Assembly: GCA_951406725.2 (NCBI GenBank)
Contig: OX597818.1
Span: 103,912,001-103,976,000 of the forward strand
Direction of reading: 5' to 3'
DNA length: 64,000 nucleotides
DNA from: Octopus vulgaris
Taxonomy: Eukaryota
Part shown: positions 1 to 12,026 of the stretch, piece after piece
Layout of the letters: each line of letters opens with the position of its first letter
How positions within the stretch are numbered: position 1 is the stretch's first letter
Made by a program: the position numbers and the translations under genes
Notes under the pieces: model-generated
Told to the model about the DNA's origin: nothing
What the model saw: only the letters and a program-made list of their open reading frames with translations
The model's database searches: none

Positions 1-369
1 CAACTGAAGATTGTTTCTGTTCCGAATATGTAAATCCGAAGCAATTAACTGATTATAGACTTATTTCAGATGTTGGGATTTTTATAGCTCCCATAACATA
101 CAAAGTGAGTCCATGGATCACCAATAATATAATAAAACACATAATAAAAGATACATTTGTAAAAGTTTACGTCCCCGTATATTAGCCGTTCTCAGCTACA
201 GACAATAGGCGATATTTGTAACAAAGCTGCTGTACCATCGAATTACAGGTGCTTTAATACACCACTCACGCTTGCCTAATTTACTTCTACAAGTTTTGCT
301 CCATTTGACTCAAACGGGAATTGAAGTCTGGATCTAATGATTACGAAACAGATTTCCTGAGCATTTGAC

Positions 370-435
370 CATACTGCATCCATACTGCATCCTTACTGCA
401 TCCATACTGCATCCTTACTGCATCCACACTGCATT
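370..435. repeat. 11-bp tandem repeat (CATACTGCATC/CTTACTGCATC) x6
   Basis: Six adjacent units read directly from the sequence. Confidence 0.9.
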
Positions 436-900
436 CATATGTTGATATATATGCGTAAACCCGCACACGCTAAAATTTGCTTCCTCATAAATACTATATT
501 GGTAATCAACATTCAAGGAACTTATACAAAAGAAGGCATGTGTATTTGTATTCGAATACAGAGTATTAATATACTGAAATAGCAGTGGAAATAAGAGCAA
601 TAACGTAAACATGGAAGCATTCAATATAAATGGCATATATTCCAAAACAGCAAGTGCAGTTTCGTTAACATTTAAGTTTTGCACATATAATCAGGCGTAA
701 TATACATTTCACAACCAATTAGAGTTAAGTAGTATATGTCATCGTATTTTTATTCACTGACATACACGCAAAATCACATATATAGACATAAATAAATAAT
801 TTATTTTTACACATGTGTATGTATGCGTGTGCGCGCATTCATAATTGTATATCTAACCAGAGAAAGTGTAAGAGAAGGTAAAGAGAGAGAGCGAACCTAT

Positions 901-981
<81 letters not shown>

Positions 982-1779
982 TTCATGTAATATGCCATAT
1001 TTGTATTATAATATACAGAATGGACGTATAATGTACAGAATCAACGTATAGTCGGTATATCTGCATAATATTTACAAAGGCACGCAAATTTTCAAAATCA
1101 CTGGCGAGTTGGTACGAATTAATTTCTCTCCACAGAATTTTCCATTCAAATTTTCAATGTGCTCAAACTCTGATTTTCGTGTTCAAAATGATAGTGCCAT
1201 ATTAATTTAGAAACTTTACACTATTCCACTATAAACTGACAATTGTAGTATGTTTCAAGTTATTGGAACTATAACAAAACTAAGATATAAAGCCAATCTA
1301 TACGTTGTTTGGATACTTTCAGACGTTTCAATAACACTTAGTTCTTTGCTATATTTCCGGTAAATTCATATCTTCCATTGTCGTAAGACCTCCGTGTGGG
1401 TCAGTGACGTTTACTGAGGAGGCTAAAATTACACAGATTCAATATTGAGGGCGTTTTGTTTCACTTTAGCTATACTAATAATTTAGTTAAGTGTTGCAAA
1501 TATTTTACATAAAATACAATATTTCCACAGTCTAGAGTCTTCAGGTACTTTCAAATCAACATTCCACTAATAGTTCAGTACAAACAAAATTCATAGATTA
1601 AATGGATGCAATATAGCATAATATAATCCACTATTGCAGCCAGTTCTAACAAAAAAACGCTATGGATATATACAATATGTTACCTTATGAACATTAATAT
1701 GATTATATACACTAGGTTAACTTATGAACGAAGTGTTATGCGACAAGCACTTAGTGTGAGATCCATTTACAGAAGAATT

Positions 1780-2180
1780 TCAATTCCTTTCTTGATTCTT
1801 CCGTTATTGCTTAGCTCACCCTCATCATATATGAAGATTCTTCAATGGACCGACTTATTCGAATACCATTAGAGCATTATTTTCAATTTCCCGGTTACAG
1901 GAATCTCCACTATCTCCTTCACATAATTTGCCAAAGACACAAACTATTAAATAACATACTAGCATAATACGGTTACCAATGACAATAATTCTGCAATATA
2001 AGTATTTGAATTCATCATATTCCACGAGCTTTCAAATTAGATAACCTTCTGAGATTGAGATGTACACCTCATAATTACTATACCCACCAAAAACAAACAT
2101 TTCCATCATCAGCTACTTAATGTATTTCACTATAGATGAAACCTTCGATGTGTTACCAAAGCTGCACCATGTATTTGGAA
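1780..2180 (-). pseudogene. Possible highly decayed Tc1-like transposase remnant
   Basis: Minus-strand fragments MFVFGGYS, MMNSNTYIAELL, ENNAL and GPLKNL resemble Tc1 motifs VMVWG, MNS..YI.IL, QDNAP and NPIENL in the right order; many disruptions. Confidence 0.3.
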
Positions 2181-2519
2181 ATTAAGTCACAGAAGACATG
2201 AGTACCGACTCCAAAATTTCTATGAATGATGAATCTGTGTTTATTGTATTTAGATAACTTAAGTAATTAATATTAAATTTAAAATAATCTTTATAAGAAA
2301 CGATTATCATCTTATGAAACGATTTTGTCTATTGAAATGCTCTAATGTTTTTTTAAAATTCATAGAGAAATGAAAGTACTCACGGATCAAGACACAACAC
2401 GTAAAATTCGTTGAAACGTTCAACCGAAACCTTAAAATATACCATAAACATACATATATACATACATATATACATACATACATACATACATACATAAATA
2501 CATGCATGCATACATACAT

Positions 2520-2578
<59 letters not shown>

Positions 2579-2900
2579 CACTTACTCACATACACTCTGA
2601 CGTATAAATATACGTGTGTATATATGTAAATGAATGTAAACTTTCCCTATATATACATACATTCATACATACATACATATGTGTATGCGCACTCACACTG
2701 ACCCCCACACATTTGAAGAACCAAACAAAAAGGTCGCAGCTCGAAAACGGACAGTGTCAAACACTACAGAAATGTTTGCAAGAGGCAACGAAAATGTCAG
2801 AAAAAAGTGAATAAATGAGTGGAAATTTACCCAGTGAGTGTGTTAAATAGTAAAGCACTGAAAGAGAATGACTCTCCCCAGACAAAATTAAAAATTATAC

Positions 2901-2993
<93 letters not shown>

Positions 2994-2995
2994 TG

Positions 2996-3212
2996 TGATC
3001 TCTTGAGCACCACCAACAAAAATATTTTTTTCCTCTGTCTTCCCTTCTCGGGATCTTTCCTTCTCCTTGTTTCCGACGAAAAGCTCCGCTCGAAACGTTG
3101 AACCCTCCTTCCCTTCTTTCCTGAGCGTCAAATAATACTTTAATTGTTCCACGTCCTCGCGTTGCTGTGTTTTTTTCTGTGTTTTTTTTTCTGTTTTCTT
3201 GTTTGGATTAAC
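2996..3212 (+). mobile_element. Short (TA)n-flanked element (PLE-type 3' end) with minimal HHR-like motif at 3069-3104
   Basis: gttt-CCGACGA-aaagc tcc gctc-GAAACGTT-gaac; homologous to 52115-52313. Confidence 0.7.
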
Positions 3213-3257
3213 TATATATATATATATATATATAAATATATATATACATACCTAGTC

Positions 3258-3338
3258 TCAGTCGTGACTGTCTTGTAAGAAGCTTGCTTCCCTACCACAT
3301 AGTTCCAGGTTCAGATCACTGCGGGGCACCTTGGGATG

Positions 3339-3387
<49 letters not shown>

Positions 3388-3612
3388 ATATGCGTGTATG
3401 TATTTGTGTCTATGTATGTCACCCCACCATCACTTGATGACCAGTGTTGGTGTGTTTACATCCCCGTATATTGGCCGTTCGGCAAAAGAGGAGGAAGAAT
3501 AAGTGCTAGGCTTACAAAGGATAAGTTCTGGGGTCGATTTGTTTGAGTAAAATGTGGTGCTCCATCATGGCCACAGTCGAATTATTGAAACTAGTGAAAT
3601 AGTAAAAGAGGA
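3258..3612 (+). mobile_element. tRNA-derived SINE family A, decayed
   Basis: Head, internal (TA)n and 3' tail similar to 37311-37710. Confidence 0.8.
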
Positions 3613-4239
3613 AATGAATATATATATCTATATATTTTATTAATACTGTTACCCCAACCGCCACTACGAATTTGCTGCAGTAAATCTACGGATAACAAAA
3701 GGTAAACGATGCTTCACTCATCATCCATTTATACATGTTATGCAATGACTCCATTATATATGTGTGTGCGTGTGTGTGTGTGTGCATTGAGTGCACTGAC
3801 TGACTGATTCCGGAAAAATATTACAATGTGAACCTAGCAGTTACATCGCTTCAAATGTCTCCAAACTTGTGACTGCCGAGAATATTGAGCTTAACTTCAT
3901 GTATGTGCAATAACTGGGCATCTTGGTATGAAGAAAAGAATAATTGCCACCTCATCAGACTATAGGATTTTATGCTCTAAACTAATGCACACTTCTTACG
4001 TTACAAGTGCAATCTGTGAGTGGAAGAGTAAAAATATGCAAGCCTTTTATCAAGTTCCAAACGTGAATTCGTCTGTGTTAACTACATCCCAAAGACGGAG
4101 CTTTGTATCGTTGCTGGAAAGCAGCTCCCTGCTCAGTGGAAGATTTCCAATAATTAAAAAGTAGAAGGGACATACATATATACATACACATATACATATG
4201 TGTGTCTGTCTGTGTTTGTCTGTGTGTGTGTGTGTGTGA

Positions 4240-4420
4240 GTAGATGTAGGCGCGAGTGTGATGGGCACAAACGTGGCTGTGTATAGGCGTAGGCGTTGCT
4301 GTGCGGTAACAAGCTTGCTTCACAACCACATGGTTACGGGTTTAGTCCCACTGTGTTTGTCTTCTATAACCACGAGTGCCTTCTACGATAGACAAAAACT
4401 GAATGAAGCCTATCTTATGT
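4240..4420 (+). mobile_element. SINE family A 5' fragment, decayed
   Basis: aggcgt..gctgtgcggtaacaagcttgcttcacaaccacatggttacgggtttagtcccactg. Confidence 0.7.
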
Positions 4421-4554
4421 GTGTATGTTTTTGTTATATGTGGGTGTACATATATGTAAATATATGCAGATATGTGCTTACATTCACATATGTATATATG
4501 TGTTTGAGTGTGTGCGGGTTTGTGTGTATAGATGAGATAAGAGAAGGAAAATGA

Positions 4555-5250
4555 ACACACTTTGCATAGTTCTAAGATATTTTCTAATATATTTTTAATA
4601 TACTTCCTATTGTATTTGTCGACCGGTTTCGCTTTTGATAATCATGACATTCAAAGTATTGTAATTTCGTGTTTCTTTAAGTAAATGTTAGTCCATGTTG
4701 TTTGTGCAGAAGTTTATGAATGAATGATTCAACAAGTAGAAAAATTTAAGTAGAGGTAATTGATGATTGTTATTACTGGGGACAAGGGAAGCAATTGTTC
4801 ATCTTTCGGGGAGGTGATAGATATGCACAAAAATTTAAAAGGTGAACTAGTGAGAAAAATATGTACAGCGATGGGTATGTGCTCATGAACTAAAATATAT
4901 ACTGAAGTCAAAGTTGGTTATGCGTTCATATTTAGACGCCTCTCGTTTTGTTCGATTAACAACTTTTTTTTATTTAAACGTTCTTGTATAGAAATTGTTT
5001 CTTTGCACTCGTAGATAGGGTTGAATAAGTTTGGTTGGATAATACCTGCACATTTCGCTATGTGTTCACTCAAAGGAATCTATCTGTATTGTGGGAACAG
5101 GACCTGCTCCCTATGAAGTGTGGTTCTACGTCCGAGTGTCATACTTGTCTTCCTATATAGTTATGTCCACAACCTGAGCAAGTTATAACATAAATTAGAT
5201 TCTCGGAATCACGAGAGGAGTTGGTTTTAATTGTTTGAATAGGAATTCAA
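4555..5250 (-). mobile_element. Penelope-like element 3' fragment: GIY-YIG endonuclease pseudogene plus 3' UTR with HHR-like motif (4617-4649)
   Basis: Minus translation NLIYVITCSGCGHNYIG..HREQV..IPLSEHIAKC..QERLNK with frameshift and stop; similar to the endonuclease at 20520-20819. Confidence 0.85.
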
Positions 5251-5290
5251 AATATATATAATATATGTTATACATTATACATCTTATATC

Positions 5291-5348
<58 letters not shown>

Positions 5349-6469
5349 GTAAGTATGTGTATACATATAGAGACATATATACTGTATTATTGTGTGGAAG
5401 TATATGTGTTTTTATAGGGAGTAGATTATTATACAATTAAGATAGTATTAAAATATGAGCAGATATAAGTCTTATACTATTGATAACACATCGCTCGGAA
5501 AATCTTTCTAATGTGCTGTATCTCTGTAGGCAAGCTATAGAAGTTTGTCTACCCATTATATCATTTTTGAAAGTAGCATATTGTACCTCCCACTTAAATA
5601 CTGCACTCATTGAATATTATACGTATGTGTGTGTGTGCGTGTGTGGGCCTGTATGAGTGAGTATATGTGATGTGTGTGGGTGAACAGTAATTCGTCTGGA
5701 AAATCTATAATCAAATACTAAACAGCAGAGACGAGTCAATGCCATTAAAAATATATTCTTATGATGATATGCAGAATAACTTTTAACTTTTGCAAACTAT
5801 GATTTGCATTTATTACATTAAACTAGGAATGATTATTAGCAATGTCAATAGAATATTGAAGCAGAATATTAAATGACACAGAAATATTACGCTAAAAAGG
5901 AAGAATATTGCTATTAAATACAATATGACAATAATATACAGTGAGACATTTATATTAAAATAAAACAATTGTCGTAATAAATTTTACAATGAACATAGAA
6001 ACTATGAGACTAAATTGAACATTAAAAATCGGAATATAGAATATAAACTTTTTTCATTAAATATAGATAAGCGATATTTTGAATGTAGCAGTAAATATAT
6101 AAAGGGAAATTATTTATTTAGCAGTGGTGTTATATAAGAATTGTTTACCAAAATTTTACTTGTGCTCACTAATTGCTAAAGCTAAAATTTGTTTTAGTAT
6201 ATCAGCTCAAGCAAATTACACTACAGGTGTCTTTTAAAACTTTTAAAATTATAAATTCGGAATATAAAAGTGGGTGAGTATAGTGGACAAGAATATACGG
6301 AGAAAAAATAATTAAGAACCACGTCATAATCTTTATCGGTCAGTCTCCTTGTCAATCATTACTTTCTGTTAAAAACAACGATTAAATTCAACTTTTATAT
6401 GACTTCATATCGACTAGTTTAAGGATTTGAGAAAAAAAGATAAAAGAAACTTTACTATCTTGAATTCAT

Positions 6470-6691
6470 ATACTCTTTTACTTTCTACTTGTTTTACTTG
6501 TTTCAGTCATAAAGGCGGTGATCCATGCTGGAGCACCGCCTTTAGTCGACCGAATCGACCCCAGGTCTTATTCTTTATAAGCCTAGTACTTATCCTATCC
6601 GTCTCTTTTGCCGAACCGCTAAGTTACGGGTACGTAAACACTCCAGCATCAGTTGTCAAGCGATGTTGGTGGGACAAACACAGACACATAA

Positions 6692-6784
<93 letters not shown>

Positions 6785-6888
6785 CATATATAGGGTGAAC
6801 TTCTTTCAGCTACCGTCTATCAAATTCACTCACAAGGCTTTGGTCGGCCCGAGGCTATAGTAGAAGACGCTTGCCCAAGGTGCCACGG
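6470..6888 (-). mobile_element. SINE family A, 5'-truncated
   Basis: Reverse complement matches 37311-37710; internal (CA)n(TA)n. Confidence 0.9.
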
Positions 6889-7282
6889 TATACACACACA
6901 CACCCCTTTCAGGTATTTAGGCTTCTACTGAGCAGATGAATAATGTAACTTTTTCACTAGACTGCTAAATATTTGGCTTCCACGCCAGGATAGGTGTTCT
7001 TGTTGCTGTCATCGTTTCATATCAAGAAAATCTAGATATCTTCTGGCACAGATTTATCCTCCCTTGTCTACTGTTTTCTACCACATGCTCATAAGGTATG
7101 AAGCAAAAATTATGAGGTAGAAAAAAACTCACTCCATGTCATCCATCATAGTATCTTATTGCTCACCGGACGTGCAGTGATAATTTTACCGAATGTAACA
7201 AGGGAATATACCTATATGGAAACCTCTCCAGTTTCTATTCCTACAGACGGTGACATTCTAAATTAATCGTATCAGCGATAAT

Positions 7283-7420
7283 TATTTCAGTCATTTGACT
7301 GTGCCATTCTGGAGCGCCCCTTGAAGGGTTTTAGTCGAACAAATTGACCCCAGGACTTTTACATTAAGCCTAATACGTATTCTATCGGAACATTTGGATG
7401 AACCTTTAACAGGGACGAAG
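7283..7420 (-). mobile_element. SINE family A 3' fragment
   Basis: tttcagtcatttgactg..ttagtcgaacaaattgaccccaggact. Confidence 0.75.
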
Positions 7421-7747
7421 GCACCAGTACTTTCTCGGTCTCATCATCATTATGCACTGTTACATAATATAATTCAGCCACAAGGACGAAAAATATATGA
7501 AACAACATACACAGAACTCTATCACAACCGTGTCCTCACACATTCATTATCGACAATTTTTAGACGAGGACAGCAAATTTATCATTCAACGTGGCTGTGT
7601 GGTAAGAAACATGCTTCTCGATCCCATGGCTCCGGCTTCAGTCTCACTCTGTGGCTCATTGGGCAAGTTTGTTTTATTATAGGCTAGGGCCGAAAAAAGA
7701 CTTGAGAGTGCATTTGATAGACGGAACCTGAAAGAAGGCCGTCGAAT

Positions 7748-7821
<74 letters not shown>

Positions 7822-7879
7822 CCGTACATAAATAGATACGCACACGCACACAAACACACACACACACATATACATATAA

Positions 7880-7923
<44 letters not shown>

Positions 7924-8243
7924 ATTCAGTTTCCGTCTATCAAATGCACTCTCAAGTCTTTTTTCGGCCTGAGCCTATAATAAAACAAACTTGCCCAATG
8001 AGCCACAGAGTGAGACTGAAGCCGGAGCCATGGGATCGAGAAACATGTTTCTTACCACACAGCCACGTTGAATGATAAATTTGCTGTCCTCGTCTAAAAA
8101 TTGTCGATAATGAATGTGTGAGGACACGGTTGTGATAGGGTTCTGTGTATGTTGTTTCATATATTTTTCGTCCTTGTGGCTGAATTATATTATGTAACAG
8201 TGCATAATGATGATGAGACCGAGAAAGTGCTGGTGCCTTCGTC
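7414..8243. repeat. Long inverted duplication, arms about 320 bp, with microsatellite spacer; each arm contains a SINE A 5' half
   Basis: 7414-7733 is nearly the exact reverse complement of 7926-8243; the ORF track shows near-identical peptides on opposite strands. Confidence 0.95.
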
Positions 8244-8861
8244 TTTCTGAGATGTAACTGTTTATACAGAATTAACACAACTAGATTCTTAAAGGAAACG
8301 CAAAGAGATAAATATATCTTGGATATATTCCCGTATTGATATATTCTCATATAAAGGAACTGGTATATCAAAAATAACTTTTGATACACCAGTTATATAG
8401 ATTTATTACAAAAAGTAACACAAATTTTGTAACAGAAATACATTTCACGTAGTCCGTCTGCTTTCCATAGAATATAACAGATTACGTTCATCCTCATTTC
8501 AGCTTAAAATGTCATTTATGTTATTGATAAAGAATTAACGAGAAACCCGTAAAATATCTTTATGCTCTCAATATTTTCTTCCCTGAAAAATAAGCTGTGC
8601 TTTCATTAACTCTGTGAAGATTAGAATATAAACATCTCATTTACCCAGAATATGTCTTAAGTACAGAAGTCAGTTTTAACGGGGATTGCATAAATGTGAA
8701 TGAATAAAGTTGAAGTCCAATGATACTGCGCTACAAAGTTTTGTATATAATACTTGCGACCCGATAGGTAACGTATGCGTTTTACCCTCCTGTGAATATG
8801 AATGCATTGATTTCATATTTTGGCACAGGGTCAGTAATTTGAAGCGAGAGAGAAAGTCTAT

Positions 8862-9020
8862 TACATCGCCCCGAGTAATCATCTGATACTTACTTCATCG
8901 ACCGCGATAGGAGGAAAGGCAAACTCGACCATAGCAGGATTTGAACTCAGAACGTAAACGCGGATGAAATGACGCTAAGCACTTTGTCTAACATAGTAAT
9001 GATTCTGACAGCTTGGTACC
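8862..9020 (-). mobile_element. tRNA-derived SINE family B, decayed
   Basis: Similar to 29600-29822 (tttgaactcagaacgta..gctaagca). Confidence 0.75.
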
Positions 9021-9595
9021 ACTGCATATGGTTATACTGAGAGAGTTAAATCGCTGTTAAATGCAGATTATAAGATTATAAATTTCTCTCATTTTACTAA
9101 TGACCAACGCTAGTTATTCAATTTAAAAATTTGCACTTCCGCTGTGCTGTCACATTTGCTTAGTTTACAAATACAAATTTTTGCCAAAATAGATTGGCTC
9201 TACGGTGTACTGTGTATTTTATAAGACCAATACCATTGAAAACCTGTCACTCTAGTCTCATAAATATATTATTCGTCATACTGGCTAGAAAATACTTCTG
9301 TGTGAAGAATATAAATGGTTTTTATATTCTTCTGAAATAATCCGTTCTCTTACTTCCAAACATATCTTATGTAATATCACACAGCACACATACGTTCACA
9401 CTCATGCATACATACGTCTGTCCCTCTATCAAGCTATTTACCTATCTACATTACTCCATCTGTTCTTCATATCCTGAAGGGAATGCCGTATCTCTGCTTC
9501 ATGGAGCTATAAAACTCTGGGCCACTACATATTTTGCTTTGTTTTTATGTATAACCCTGCAATACACTTCCCTCTGTAAATATATTTTGTCAATA

Positions 9596-9759
9596 CAGTT
9601 CTATATTTGAGAGATGAGGAATTATGTACATTATTTGCATTTGTCGCATATTTGTTCTCGTCTTGTTTGTTGTTAACACAATGTTTCAGCTGATATACCC
9701 TCCAGCCTTCTTCAGGTGTCCTGGGGAGCTGGGTTCTCCTAAGGTATTTTTCGATGTTG

Positions 9760-9838
<79 letters not shown>

Positions 9839-9916
9839 CATTATTATTATTATAACAGCAACAACAACAACGATGACAACAATAACAACAAAATCAACAA
9901 CAACAACAACAACGGC

Positions 9917-9963
<47 letters not shown>

Positions 9964-10115
9964 CATCGAAAAATACCTTAGGAATGAGAAACCAGGTTTC
10001 GCCAGGAAACCTGAAGAAGGCTGGTGAGTATATCACCCGAAACAAGCAAGTGAGGACTAATATCCATACAATGTAAATAATGTACATAATTCCCCATCTC
10101 TTAAATATAGAACTG
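9596..10115. repeat. Head-to-head inverted pair of HHR-bearing elements around (TTA)n/(CAA)n/(TAA)n
   Basis: 9596-9765 is the reverse complement of 9958-10115; both carry CTGAAGA..GAAAC. Confidence 0.9.
9675..9720 (-). ncRNA. Minimal type-I hammerhead-like motif
   Basis: gacac-CTGAAGA-a-ggctg(loop)cagct-GAAACATT-gtgtt; stem I gacac/gtgtt; sibling copy near 10500 retains ACGTT. Confidence 0.7.
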
Positions 10116-10473
10116 AATGTAATATATATTGTTAAGTTACCCAGTCGTCAATTCTTTAAAAAGAAACCTTTATTATATCATGCAAAATCTGTAAATTAAA
10201 ATTTTCTATGCATCATGTCCACATTCTTTAACCTGTCGTTCTATTCCCGTATCCACTCGATGTCAGTCCTTCATTTTATCGACTTTTCGACCTCAGGACT
10301 ACATTTCTGAGAGGAAAAATTGGTTGCAAAGATTGTGATTGCACTGAGAATGGTGACTAGTTATACAACACTTAAACTAGTATTTTATCGCTTGTTGTTT
10401 AAATATATGTGACTTCTCCCCTTGCAATTTCTGTTGTATTTCCAATTTTTAAGAATTTCAGTTTTATTCTTAG

Positions 10474-10550
10474 AAAGGCTGGAGAGTATATCAGCCGGAA
10501 CGTTGGGTTAACAACAAACAAGACGAGGACAAATATTTGTCTTCAAGTGC
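10474..10550 (+). mobile_element. Third partial copy of the 9596/10115 element
   Basis: aaggctggagagtatatcagccggaacgttgggttaacaacaaacaagacgaggacaaatat. Confidence 0.8.
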
Positions 10551-10849
10551 ATTATATGAGAATGTTGGTCATTTTGAAGCATGATAATGACCTTTCTTTA
10601 ATTAAGAACCTTGTAAAATGTTGTTGCTCTTATTAATGTTCCTGTTAGAAATGTATTAGTGTTAATGCCATGTGTTAGCGTTTTAGTTTGTATTAATTTC
10701 TATATAATATTCAGAACGTCTTAGAAAAAACGATTTAGCGTTTCTAAGGACTCTTATTAAGCTTATACATAATTTAGCATATGTAGTTCTCTCATAGCAA
10801 ATATAAGTGTCGGGTGACATTGTTCGCATGTCGTGACTTTATTGATTCC

Positions 10850-11050
10850 AAATGTTTGCACGAGACCAGCAATTTCGGGTGTAGGGTAAGTCGATAATAT
10901 TGACCCCAGTCCTCAATAAGTACTAATATTCTCGACCTGAAGAGCTGAAAATCAAAATATACCTCGGTTGAATTTGAACTCAGAACGCGAAGATGGACGA
11001 AATTCCGATAAACATTCCGCCTAGTATACTAAAGATTCTGCCTGCTCACT
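10850..11050 (-). mobile_element. SINE family B, decayed
   Basis: gaccccagt..acctcggttgaatttgaactcagaacg. Confidence 0.75.
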
Positions 11051-11342
11051 GCATTAAATATTCCGTATCTATTCTCAGGCAGTCTTCATATTCTATCCCC
11101 GTACATAATTTTCTGTCACATAATATTCATTATAATTATATTCAGTATATTTCCTTATTTGGATCTTTTGAGCGTAAAATCCGATGCTATTTTCGTCAGA
11201 TCAGATGACTGTAAAGGCTTGATAATGCGGTTCTTATCTCTCATTTTGTTTCTATATATATTTTAAAGGTAGATGGCGATAACTTGAGAGAAATATTTCC
11301 TATCTTAATAGGTTTGTACCTTATAAATATATATATATATAT

Positions 11343-11650
11343 ACTGTTGGAGTTTTGGACTTTACTCATAGGTTAATGGAATATTGCATATGTACCATTA
11401 TGCCTAAAAAAATGGATTTACAACTTCAATACCCATACATATCTTGCATCTATTTTCTTTCCTCCACCCCACTCTCTATTTTTTATTTCATCTAAACTAA
11501 CTATGACTTAACTATCCTCTCCTCTCACACCGTCTCCGATGAAGGAATATATTTAATAAATATCCTAGAAACAGCTGTAAAACCTTCTATCTACAAACGC
11601 TCTAATATCTACACATCCTTGGTTTTTTATCTTATTACGCAAAAAATTCT
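11343..11650 (+). mobile_element. (TA)n-flanked PLE-type 3' end with HHR-like motif at 11532-11583
   Basis: gtct-CCGATGA-a-stem II-GAAACAGCTGTA; palindromic ACAGCTGT; homologous to 32582-32835 on the minus strand. Confidence 0.75.
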
Positions 11651-11918
11651 TATATATATATATATATGCTAAACTGTATGTGATAGCTAAACTGTATGTG
11701 TTAATCCAATGTAATTATAATCCTCCTTTTTAAACTTTGTTGTCGGTTGTGCTGATTGTTCTGCAAGAAGGTTTAACTCACATAGCTGCAGCAACTAATT
11801 CATATACTCAAAGAAACGTAAATATACATAAATATATATTACTTCTAATATTTTATATAACATTACTAAATGCTATTCAATTCACATATTATTTTATTCT
11901 GTTTTTCTCTTTTGAATC

Positions 11919-12026
11919 TATGTAATATTCTTTTAAAAAATTAAAAAGGAGTTTAAACAAAACTACAAAGAATGTATGTAATATTCTTTTAAAAAAATAA
12001 CAGGGAGTTTAAACAAAACTACAAAG
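11919..12026. repeat. Tandem duplication of about 56 bp
   Basis: tatgtaatattcttttaaaaaa..ggagtttaaacaaaactacaaag occurs twice. Confidence 0.9.

Noticed and set aside
370-435. Short tandem arrays considered as CRISPR-like
   Set aside because: No unique spacers, eukaryotic context, no cas genes
11268-11304. ggtag-ATGGCGA..GAAATATTTC-ctatc, HHR-like layout
   Set aside because: Core has two deviations and there is no stem II; possibly a decayed motif but not supportable
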